Of a stretch of DNA of 64,000 nt, positions 8,654 through 16,553 are shown in pieces. Position numbers and translations under genes: made by a program. The stretch spans positions 464,284 through 528,283 of the forward strand of contig JBMNJZ010000001.1 in NCBI GenBank assembly GCA_050951925.1, written 5' to 3'. Position 1 is the stretch's first letter; every line of letters starts with the position of its first letter. This DNA is from Saccharofermentanales bacterium (GTDB lineage: Bacteria; Bacillota; Clostridia; Saccharofermentanales; DTU023). Below the pieces are notes generated by a model. That model saw nothing but the letters and a program-made list of their open reading frames with translations. It was not told the DNA's origin and did no database searches.

Positions 8654-10602
8654 GCCCTTTTACCACCGTTCATTCTTCTCATATCGCCGTTGTAATCGTC
8701 TTTGAACTTCTTATTCTTGTTTCTGGACGATACTATCGCTATTATCACTATCGCCACTATCGCCAGCCCTAGCAAAAGCCACGCCCACCACGGCAGTTCG
8801 CCTTTCCTTGTGTCGGTTGAATCAACATCCGTCCCGTCGCCTGTTGGCGCGGCATCGCTGGTCGTGGGCTTAGCTTCCTCAACATTCAGCGTTACGGGTA
8901 CTTCCTGCGAATACTGCTGCCCGTTCGCATCCTCATACTGCACGAGCAGCTTGGCCGTGAATTCACCTATCTTGGTGCAGTTCACCTGGAAATCCGCGCT
9001 CAGCGTGCCGCCGGGCAGCAGGTCGCCCCCATAGTAGCTTTCCGCCATGGAGATGCCATCAAGTGCAAGTATCCTTACGTTGAGCGCCTTGCCGCGGCCC
9101 ATGTTCACCATGTTAAGATTCATAGACGTGGGCGTTTCCTGCGTGGGCTTGCCGTATACTACGGGCGCGTCTATGACTATGTCCATAGGCTGGCTTACGG
9201 GTATCATTATCGTCTGCGCCGCTTTGCCGGCTATCGAGTCGCTGTTCTCATATGTAAGATTCACGCCGACTGTGGAAAAACCTGCCTCGGCGTCCCTCTT
9301 TACGGATATGTTAAACTCAACCTCAGCCGTCTCGCCAGGCCCTAAAACACTCACATACGCCGCGTCGCTGCTGCCCACGCTAAGCGTAAGCCCGTTTGAA
9401 TCGGCAAGCGAAAGCGTTGCAACGTTCTTGAGCGCAGTATCATGCTTGGCGTTGTTTATAAGCATCAGACGTAGCGTTGCGTCGTCCCCCGCCATAAGAC
9501 CAGATACCTCGGCTCCGTTTACGAACAGCCTGTAGCCGGATACCATTACGGACATGGCCGTTTCCACCTTTTCTATCGGCGGAATTGGCGCAACGTAACC
9601 GTTTGTTATGTATACGTTCGTTGAAAACGTGCATTGCTGCGGTTCGCCGTTTTCATAATAGGTCGCAAGGAATTTCACATGTTTGTTGCCGCTGGTGGCG
9701 TAATATGAAACGGTGAAATCATATTCAACATATTCTATGCCGCCGGACTCCCAGCGTTCGAAATACCGGCCGTAGTTCATGTTCTCCGCTATGAACGGGA
9801 ACTCATCAAGAGAATTGGATATAACGGGGGATATGGTCACGCTTGTAAGCACGCCGCCCTTGTTCACTATAGGCACGCGCAGCGTAACATTCTGCTTGGG
9901 TTTCAATATGGGGGCTTCGGACACGCCGGACTGATCGGCCGCGGCTATCTGCAACGGGCCGAAACTGGTTGTAACACCAGATTCGCTGCCGTCGCCCATA
10001 AGTGTTATATATACGCAAAGGTTGAACGTAACGTCCTCTGTGATGGAAGTCCCGTTCACGTCATCATACCGCCACACAGTCGCGTTTACTTCGAAGTTCA
10101 CGGGGTACACGCCCTTTGTTGCGAACTCGCTTATGCGGAAATCGTAGTACACCTCTGCCGTGGAGTTATACGACATATCGTCAAGATGGCGCGTATAGCT
10201 GGCGTTTATGAGATCGAACGGCCAATTGGATACGGACATATCATTGGGTATTTTGGGTGATATGGTTATGTTTCTGAGCATATACCTTTCGCTGGGCAAA
10301 TATTCGCGGTTCACCGCCACCGGCAGAACTATCGTTACAACTTCTCCCGGAACACCCTTGGGACTCTGCGCCCCTACATCCATAAGCACCAGCGCGTTTG
10401 CGTTGCTGGGTATCACCACGATGTCCGTGTTCGGTTCTTCGTCCACTACTGGTATGTCGGGTGCGGACGTGTTTGTGGTGGCCTGCGATTTCTCCGACGC
10501 GGACGTTTCTCCGCCGTTTTCCGCAAACACGGGCATTGCAAATGTCAATGCCAGTGTCGCAACGATCATAAGTGCCGTGATCTTCTTCAAAATTCTGTTC
10601 AC
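8650..10602 (-). CDS. 650-aa surface protein, repeated beta-sandwich (CARDB/COG1361-like) domains, C-terminal TM anchor
   Basis: GTG start lies 9 nt after GGAGGA. The signal peptide is MNRILKKITALMIVATLALTFAMPVFA. The C-terminus LPWWAWLLLGLAIVAIVIIAIVSSRNKNKK is a TM plus a positively charged tail. The gene sits between the MacB-type ATPase and permease genes. Confidence 0.65.
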   Translation of the reverse strand: MNRILKKITALMIVATLALTFAMPVFAENGGETSASEKSQATTNTSAPDIPVVDEEPNTDIVVIPSNANALVLMDVGAQSPKGVPGEVVTIVLPVAVNREYLPSERYMLRNITISPKIPNDMSVSNWPFDLINASYTRHLDDMSYNSTAEVYYDFRISEFATKGVYPVNFEVNATVWRYDDVNGTSITEDVTFNLCVYITLMGDGSESGVTTSFGPLQIAAADQSGVSEAPILKPKQNVTLRVPIVNKGGVLTSVTISPVISNSLDEFPFIAENMNYGRYFERWESGGIEYVEYDFTVSYYATSGNKHVKFLATYYENGEPQQCTFSTNVYITNGYVAPIPPIEKVETAMSVMVSGYRLFVNGAEVSGLMAGDDATLRLMLINNAKHDTALKNVATLSLADSNGLTLSVGSSDAAYVSVLGPGETAEVEFNISVKRDAEAGFSTVGVNLTYENSDSIAGKAAQTIMIPVSQPMDIVIDAPVVYGKPTQETPTSMNLNMVNMGRGKALNVRILALDGISMAESYYGGDLLPGGTLSADFQVNCTKIGEFTAKLLVQYEDANGQQYSQEVPVTLNVEEAKPTTSDAAPTGDGTDVDSTDTRKGELPWWAWLLLGLAIVAIVIIAIVSSRNKNKKFKDDYNGDMRRMNGGKRA

Positions 10603-10607
10603 TTGTT

Positions 10608-11315
10608 TTATTCCTCCGCTGATGTGTTGCTGATCTTACCGTCGCTTAAGGTTATCGTCCGGTCTGTATATTTCCTCATTTCCGGGTCGTGGGATACGAG
10701 TATGAACGTGGTCCCCTTTTCCCGGAAAAGACCCGTCAAAAGCTCCATCGTATCCTCGCTCGTGCTCGTGTCCAGGTTGCCCGTGGGCTCGTCTGCAAGC
10801 ACTATGGGCGGGCGGGCTATAACAGCCCTGGCTATGCCTACCCTTTGCTGCTGCCCTCCGGAAAGCTCGCCCGGCTTATGGTGTATGTGCTCTTTTAATC
10901 CCACGCGCACCAGCAAAGCTTCCGCCATAGCTTTCCTAAGCTTCAGCGGCGCGCCGCGTATCGCAAGCGGCAGCGCCACATTTTCAAGCGCCGTATATTG
11001 CGGCATAAGGTTATAGCTTTGGAATACGAAGCCTATGTCGTCCCGCCGCAAGCGTATCCTTGCCCTTTCGCTCATGCGTTCAAGCCGCTTGCCGGTCACC
11101 TGCACCGTGCCCGCCGTAGGCAGCTCAAGTCCTGCAAGCATGTTGAGCAAGGTGGATTTTCCGCTTCCGCTGCGCCCGGCTATGCATAGGAACTCGCCCT
11201 TACCTACGGCTATGTCCACCCCGTCAAGTGCCCTGACGGTGCTTGCGCCCACGGTATAGTATTTTTTGAGCCCCTCGACGCGTATGATGCAATCCTTTTC
11301 CGTTATCGCTACCAC
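10608..11315 (-). CDS. ABC transporter ATP-binding protein, MacB/LolD/FtsE subfamily
   Basis: Walker A is GRSGSGKST, the signature is LSGGQQQRV, and Walker B is VLADEPTGNLD. The probable GTG start at 11315 follows GAGGAGGAA and overlaps the upstream TGGTAG stop. The longer track ORF starting at 11378 is likely an artefactual extension. Confidence 0.85.
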   Translation of the reverse strand: MVAITEKDCIIRVEGLKKYYTVGASTVRALDGVDIAVGKGEFLCIAGRSGSGKSTLLNMLAGLELPTAGTVQVTGKRLERMSERARIRLRRDDIGFVFQSYNLMPQYTALENVALPLAIRGAPLKLRKAMAEALLVRVGLKEHIHHKPGELSGGQQQRVGIARAVIARPPIVLADEPTGNLDTSTSEDTMELLTGLFREKGTTFILVSHDPEMRKYTDRTITLSDGKISNTSAEE

Positions 11316-12256
11316 GCTTCCTCCTCCATGGCGCCAAATTCCGTATAACTTGGCCCCTCCGGCGGGGGCAAAGCACAATTCTGTTCCTCCGCCACAAGGC
11401 CAAACTTCACCTTGACCCTCTCAAGCTTTTTTATCCACGGTTCACCAAGCGTCCACAGCACAAGGAATGTGCATACTCCGTGACTCAAATCGAACGTGAA
11501 GCTCGATACATACGCCGCACCCACCGTCTGCCATGTTATGGGCGAAATATAACCCACAATAAAGAACAGATTCATGATCCAGCCGTATAAAAAGCCTGTT
11601 ATAAGACCGTACATGCAAAGCCTGACAGGCGCCTTGTCCGCAATGCGACGGGCGAAATAAAGCAAGTCCCCCCGGTTGGTGTTCGCGGGGCAGAGCCTTT
11701 GCCATATCGGGGAGGTGAAACGCTCGCGCTTGCTGCCCCCTGCAAAGAAGCCCCCGTTCTGCAAAAGCCCCGCTATGAAGCCGATAAGCCCCCACGAAAA
11801 CATCTGCCACGGCGTCCACGGCCCCTGCCCAAATATGAAGTTCGAAACAAAGCCCGTCAGAGCCCCTGTCATGAACCCCGCCTCCGGGCCGAAGGCCACG
11901 CCCGTAATTATGACTATGGCGGACACCGGCTTGAAGTTTGGCAGGGGTATGACGGCGAATACTGTCCGTCCCACGACGCCTATCGCCGCCATGACTGCCA
12001 TTGGTATCATATCCCGCGGCTTGGGCTTCTTCCTGTCGAACACGAGGACGAAGGGGATGGAGCATGCCGCGAGGAATACAAGCCCCAGCAGTATGTCGGA
12101 ATTGAGTATCACATAATCCCAAAACGTGCGCTTCCCGACCACGTTCACGGGCGACCTGTGGCCGTGATAATATCCGAACGCCACGAGCAGCACCGGCAGC
12201 ACCGCCATGATGACGGCGGTGGCCTTAGTGCGCGCCCTTACGAACAGCTTTCGCAC
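11309..12256 (-). CDS. ECF-transporter S-component-like integral membrane protein (unusually long, 315 aa)
   Basis: The protein is polytopic. It contains ..AVIPLPNFKPVSAIVIITGVAFGPEAGFMTGALTGFVSNFIFGQGPWTPWQMFSWGLIGFIAG.., recalled from the ECF S-component (ECF_trnsprt) family. It lies immediately downstream of the EcfT and EcfAA' genes. Confidence 0.6.
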   Translation of the reverse strand: MRKLFVRARTKATAVIMAVLPVLLVAFGYYHGHRSPVNVVGKRTFWDYVILNSDILLGLVFLAACSIPFVLVFDRKKPKPRDMIPMAVMAAIGVVGRTVFAVIPLPNFKPVSAIVIITGVAFGPEAGFMTGALTGFVSNFIFGQGPWTPWQMFSWGLIGFIAGLLQNGGFFAGGSKRERFTSPIWQRLCPANTNRGDLLYFARRIADKAPVRLCMYGLITGFLYGWIMNLFFIVGYISPITWQTVGAAYVSSFTFDLSHGVCTFLVLWTLGEPWIKKLERVKVKFGLVAEEQNCALPPPEGPSYTEFGAMEEEAW

Positions 12257-13857
12257 AGGGCGATCACCTCCTCACTCGTGATGGCGTTTGGGAAATATTC
12301 GCGAGCGACGCGGTTCGCGTCCGTTGTATAAAAACGGTTCTCAGCAAAAAAAGCGTGGGGTTCATCCTCAGACAGGATTTCTCCGTCAAACATGAGGGCG
12401 CAGCGATCAGCGTAGCGTGCTGCGAATTCCACATCATGCGTTACAACCAAAATAGAGACGCCGTCCCGGCAAAGGGATTGCAAAAGCTCCGCAAGACTTT
12501 GCTTGGCAGAGGCATCCAAACCTTTGGTAGGCTCGTCCAGCAACAGCACATCTGCATCCCGGAGCAGGAGCTTTGCAATAGCCAGCCGTTCGGTTTCGCC
12601 GCCGGACAGATCGTAGGGATGCCGCGCAAGCAAGGCAGTAAGCTCCAGCCGGTCCGCCATGTCGGCTGCCTTGGCCTCGTCGTCTTCCGCACAGTCAAGG
12701 AGCTCGCCTTTTACCGTATCCGTTACAAACAGCATTTTTGCGTTTTGGGGCAGCATGCACACCTTTTCGCCCTTTAAGGCGCTCACCTTACCCCGATAGG
12801 GCTTTTGCGTGCCAACAAGCGCCTGAAGGAGCGTGCTTTTGCCCGCGCCGTTGCCGCCCAAAAGGCACATAAGCTCGCCCTTGTAAAGGCTTATATCAAG
12901 CCCGCGCAGAACGTCCCTTTCAGTCTCGCCATAGCGGAACCAAAGCTCATGGGCCGAAAGCACGGGCTTTTGCTTAATAGGCCTCGCCTTCTTTATGCTT
13001 TCCGCTTGCGCCGGAACGGTCTTGTCCCGCAGATAACCCTTCAGGGCCATTCGCCCGTCCCGCACAGTGAGGGGCAGCCTTTCCGCCCCAAGCTGCGCAA
13101 ATATGCGCACCGTCGCGGGCAGTCCGAGCCAAACACGGCTTTGCCCCATTTGCGTGCCCAGCGTCCGGGCTATTTCCTGCGGCGCGCCGCAGGAAAGTAG
13201 GCGTCCGCGCTCCATTATGACCACCCTGTCGGCGGCGGGGAAAACCTGCTCGAGCCTGTGCTCCGTCAGCAGCACTGCAACGCCAAGCTCACGGTTCACC
13301 CGACGCACGGTGTCCAGCAGGTTCCGTGCCGCAAGGGGGTCGAGCATGGCGGTGGGCTCGTCCAATATGAGAAGCCGGGGGCTCATGGCGAGGACGGAGG
13401 CGAGGTTGATCAGCTGCTTCTGCCCGCCAGAAAGCTCCACCGTCCTTTTGCGGAACCAGGGTTCCATGCCGAAGAACGCCGCCATCTCGGCCACCCGCCT
13501 GCGGATGACCGGCACAGGCAACGCAAGATTTTCAAGCCCGAACGCAAGCTCGTGCCACACGAAGTCGGTTACTATTTGGTTATCGGGGTCTTGCTGCACG
13601 AAGCCGATATCAGCTGCCGCCGCCAGCGGTTCAAGCTCGCCAAGGGGCTTTTCCTCAAAATAGACCGCGCCCTCCCGCGCGCCCGCGGGGATAAGCTCCG
13701 GCTTGGCGTGGCGAAGGAGCGTGGTTTTGCCGCAACCCGAAGGTCCGGAGAGCACCACATATTCGCCTTCCTCAATGGATAGTGAAAAGCGGTCCACCGC
13801 ACGCTGCCGGGCATGGGGATAAGCAAAGCTCAGCTCTTCAAACCGTACGAGCGCCAT
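12238..13857 (-). CDS. fused ECF transporter ATPase (EcfA-EcfA', two NBDs)
   Basis: There are two complete NBDs: GPSGCGKTT/LSGGQKQL/LILDEPTAMLD and GGNGAGKST/LSGGETERL/LLLDEPTKGLD. The likely start is MALVRFEELSFAY (13857) after GGAG. The track extension to 14010 overlaps ecfT and is probably spurious. Confidence 0.85.
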   Translation of the reverse strand: MALVRFEELSFAYPHARQRAVDRFSLSIEEGEYVVLSGPSGCGKTTLLRHAKPELIPAGAREGAVYFEEKPLGELEPLAAAADIGFVQQDPDNQIVTDFVWHELAFGLENLALPVPVIRRRVAEMAAFFGMEPWFRKRTVELSGGQKQLINLASVLAMSPRLLILDEPTAMLDPLAARNLLDTVRRVNRELGVAVLLTEHRLEQVFPAADRVVIMERGRLLSCGAPQEIARTLGTQMGQSRVWLGLPATVRIFAQLGAERLPLTVRDGRMALKGYLRDKTVPAQAESIKKARPIKQKPVLSAHELWFRYGETERDVLRGLDISLYKGELMCLLGGNGAGKSTLLQALVGTQKPYRGKVSALKGEKVCMLPQNAKMLFVTDTVKGELLDCAEDDEAKAADMADRLELTALLARHPYDLSGGETERLAIAKLLLRDADVLLLDEPTKGLDASAKQSLAELLQSLCRDGVSILVVTHDVEFAARYADRCALMFDGEILSEDEPHAFFAENRFYTTDANRVAREYFPNAITSEEVIALCESCS

Positions 13858-14723
13858 ATGACCGTCTCCTTTGCTTCCAAAAATGTGGGCAACGCCATGA
13901 GAAGACCGAACACGACAAACATCGTGACGCTTGGCGTTCCCATGACGGCCGCAGTCATGGCAGGGTAAAACTCCATATAGCCATGGCCGTATATTCTGCC
14001 CGCAAAGCATATGCCCGCAAGCGTCAGCATAAGCGCCAGCACCCGCGTGTCCCGTCCGTCAAAGCGGAACAGATGGAATGTGGTGCGCCGTTTTTCGCCG
14101 TATCCCCGCGCCTTCATGGAATCCGCGGTCCCAACCGCGCTCTCCATGCTCATTGTGAGAAGCACGGAGAGATTGCGCATGGCCGTGCCAAGCTTTTGAA
14201 AAAGGCGCGTGTCCTCGTTTCTGAGCATTTTCTGGGCGTTCCTTATCTCCCGCGCGTTTTGTTTAAGTTCAGGAACGAAGCGTAGTGTCATGGTGATAAG
14301 AAGTGCCGTGGCGGGCGCGAGCTTTCCGAATAAATAAAGAAATTTGTCGCTGGTCATAACCTCCTGATAGCAGGTGAACCACATAACTATCGCGCATAGC
14401 GTGCAGGCTGAAACAAGGCCGTAAAGTATCGCCTCAAGGGTTATCCATTGATCAAACAGCAGAAACAGCATCGTTACACCCCGGTGGTTAAAAAGCGGGT
14501 TTGCGATCGCTATGAACAAAAACATGGGCGCAATAAAGCGCAGGGTGGCAAAAAACGCCTTCTTCCCCCTAAGCCTGAAGCTGAAAGCCGCTGAGCCCAT
14601 TAGCGACAGGCCTGCCATAACAGGATGAAAGCAAGCAAGCGTAAAGGCGAGCACAGTTATGAAATAGCTCATACTCACCGCCGGATGCAGATTGTTAAAA
14701 TAGCGCATCCTCATATCACTCAT
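13830..14723 (-). CDS. ecfT: ECF transporter transmembrane (T) component, CbiQ/EcfT family
   Basis: The protein is polytopic. The C-terminal coupling region ..LLTMSMESAVGTADSMKARGYGEKRRT.. is typical of CbiQ/EcfT. The start MSDMRMRY overlaps the upstream stop. Confidence 0.8.
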   Translation of the reverse strand: MSDMRMRYFNNLHPAVSMSYFITVLAFTLACFHPVMAGLSLMGSAAFSFRLRGKKAFFATLRFIAPMFLFIAIANPLFNHRGVTMLFLLFDQWITLEAILYGLVSACTLCAIVMWFTCYQEVMTSDKFLYLFGKLAPATALLITMTLRFVPELKQNAREIRNAQKMLRNEDTRLFQKLGTAMRNLSVLLTMSMESAVGTADSMKARGYGEKRRTTFHLFRFDGRDTRVLALMLTLAGICFAGRIYGHGYMEFYPAMTAAVMGTPSVTMFVVFGLLMALPTFLEAKETVIWRSYGLKS

Positions 14724-15612
14724 GCGTATCCTTCCATTCCTGTGCACCTGCATACCATGTCGGGTCCAGGTCAAGCCCGAGATCGCAGGTGTAGTTCCAT
14801 TCGATCCTGTCGCCGGGCTTTAGGAAATACACGCCGCAGCCATAGTTTGGATACCAATCATTCACACAGTACATCCATCCGCTCCAGCGCCCGCCGTCGA
14901 ACTCATAAAGGTTATTGATGCCTTCCACATATGCGCCGCTGCCGGATCCGCCGGAGTATTCCATATGCAACTTGAATTTGTCACGCGCCATTTTCAACAC
15001 ATCAAGCACGGTATCGCCGTCTTTTATCTCAAATGTTGTGGTGTCAAGTATGCAGCCTGATGCGGGAACTATGCCCGCCCACTTGGCCTCAAGGTGCATT
15101 CCGTTGGCTACCGCCGTATCGCAGCGTATGTGCATGGTAACGGTGTCCTTCTTGGGTTCTGCCGTCTGGACAGGCGCGGGTGTTATAGAGGCCTGCGGCT
15201 CGTGGATTTGCTTTCCGTCCGGCTTTTCGGTTTTGGGTTTTGGTGCGAAGGGAGTGACCGCCGCGCTTGACTCAGGTACGGGTGTATTGTCGCTCCTTTG
15301 TGGGCGCCCGTCAGGCGCTGTGCCCAGCTCGTAAAATTCCTTTACATTGTCGGGAGCAGAGCTTGGTGTTTGCGCAGCAGGCCTATCCACGCTTGGCACG
15401 TTGCCGAAGCTGAACGCGTCCTTAATCCACACATACCATGGTCTTTTGCTAGCCTCAGGCGCGTTTGCCGCCGCGTTTTCGTTTTCTATGTAATCAAGCT
15501 CAAGCTGTTCGTCGTCGCTTGACGCCACTGTATCCCATTGGGCGCAGGCGGCCATGGCGAAAAGCGCAGCCAGAACCATAATAAGTGCAAGTGCCTTTTT
15601 TACTCCTAGCAT
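14716..15612 (-). CDS. lipoprotein with C-terminal DUF4430 (transcobalamin/intrinsic-factor beta-domain-like) domain
   Basis: The lipobox is MLGVKKALALIMVLAALFAMAAC, followed by a Pro/Ala/Glu-rich linker. The C-terminus reads DTVTMHIRCD..FEIKDGDTVLDVLKMA..YVEGINNLYEFDGGRWSGWMYCVNDWYPNYGCGVYFLKPGDRIEWNYTCDLGLD, which matches my recollection of the DUF4430 signature. Confidence 0.75.
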   Translation of the reverse strand: MLGVKKALALIMVLAALFAMAACAQWDTVASSDDEQLELDYIENENAAANAPEASKRPWYVWIKDAFSFGNVPSVDRPAAQTPSSAPDNVKEFYELGTAPDGRPQRSDNTPVPESSAAVTPFAPKPKTEKPDGKQIHEPQASITPAPVQTAEPKKDTVTMHIRCDTAVANGMHLEAKWAGIVPASGCILDTTTFEIKDGDTVLDVLKMARDKFKLHMEYSGGSGSGAYVEGINNLYEFDGGRWSGWMYCVNDWYPNYGCGVYFLKPGDRIEWNYTCDLGLDLDPTWYAGAQEWKDTHE

Positions 15613-16187
15613 GTCGCATTCTCCTTTTTATTCTGCGTGGCGGGCTTTGCCTCGCTCTCCTGCTGCTGCTCCTGTTCCCTGGCAGCTGTTACGGCATCCG
15701 GCCCGCCATCCAGGCGCAGAACACAGAAGCCACCTTCAGCAGACATATCCACAAAGGCTTCTCCCTGCGTAAGATCGAAAACTACATACTCCTGCGGGCT
15801 TACATTTGCCTGCTTTTTTTCTCCGGTAGAGTCAGCAGATGATCCGCTAGAGTGCCGAGCTTGAAGGATGATGCTTGTCTGTGTGTTCTCTTCCAGCCTA
15901 ACGCAGTTCGTTTCGCCCAGAGACAACGTGACGGTGGAGGCGTTCAGTGTTTCTATCCTATCGCCGTCCCTGATATTGACATCGTTCTTAAGCGAGTAGG
16001 ATATGCCTGCGCGCTCAATACTGACGCTACCTGATTTGCCGCTGGAGATAAATGTCAGCTGCTCGTTCTCCGGCTTATCGAACCAGCCCTGCAAACTGCC
16101 TATATTGAGTACGACTGCAATAATTATGGCAACGATCGCCACTACCATTATGAGATTGAGTAGCTTTTTCTTTTTTAAGGAGTTCAT
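15606..16187 (-). CDS. membrane-anchored protein of unknown function (first gene after riboswitch)
   Basis: MNSLKKKKLLNLIMVVAIVAIIIAVVLNIG is an N-terminal TM. It is followed by a small beta-rich domain and a Glu/Gln-rich tail. I recognise no family signature with confidence. Confidence 0.55.
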   Translation of the reverse strand: MNSLKKKKLLNLIMVVAIVAIIIAVVLNIGSLQGWFDKPENEQLTFISSGKSGSVSIERAGISYSLKNDVNIRDGDRIETLNASTVTLSLGETNCVRLEENTQTSIILQARHSSGSSADSTGEKKQANVSPQEYVVFDLTQGEAFVDMSAEGGFCVLRLDGGPDAVTAAREQEQQQESEAKPATQNKKENATC

Positions 16188-16210
16188 CCTTCCATCTACC
16201 TCTAAAATAT

Positions 16211-16243
16211 AAAAAAAGCTGTGACGAGAAAATCATCACAGCC
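16211..16243 (-). terminator. intrinsic terminator forming the riboswitch expression platform
   Basis: The minus strand reads GGCUGUGAUGAUUUUCUCGUCACAGCUUUUUUUAU: a GCUGUGA/UCACAGC stem followed by U7. It sits between the aptamer and the first start codon. Confidence 0.75.
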
Positions 16244-16284
16244 ATATGTCTGTATATCTATTTGCTCCCAATTAAAGGGTACGC

Positions 16285-16505
16285 AAACACCTCTTGTAGG
16301 TCTTCTGACTTACGCTTTCTAAAGAAATAATTTCCTTAAGTGACCATGCTCTGCCTTCTCAAGATCCTCTTGCACTTTCAGATCCCAATGACTGATTTTC
16401 ATCAACGAGCACGGCACAGGCGCTTACAGCGGCGGATACCGTCCGGGACTTGCACCCGGTTCCCTTGTCCATCTCCGAAGTCTCGTCCGCTTCGGAGCCA
16501 CAAAA
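16285..16505 (-). promoter_or_regulatory. cobalamin (B12) riboswitch aptamer
   Basis: The minus strand reads ...CUCCGAAGCGGACGAGACUUCGGAGAUGGACAAGGGAACCGGGUGCAAGUCCCGGACGGUAUCCGCCGCUGUAAGCG...AUCAGUCAUUGGGAUCUGAAAGUGCAAGAGGAUCUUGAGAAGGCAGAG...GCGUAAGUCAGAAGACCUACAAGAGG. This matches recalled conserved blocks of the cobalamin riboswitch: GGGAA..GGUG.AA.UCC....CCGC.GCUGUAA; GCCACUGG-like ..GGGAAGGC-like; and the B12 box AGUCAG.AGACCUGC-like. Confidence 0.85.
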
Positions 16506-16553
16506 GACGAATATTTACTTGTCAATTAGCACACGGACATTTGTCTAAATATC

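Noticed and set aside
13858-14010. N-terminal 51-aa extension of the EcfAA' ORF (track start 14010), and similar upstream extensions of 10608-11378, 5051-6334, 19275-19568, 21741-23123, 26463-28256 and 43682-45535.
   Set aside because: The extensions overlap the preceding gene or lack a Shine-Dalgarno. Internal starts are preceded by good ribosome-binding sites and coincide with the family-typical N-termini.
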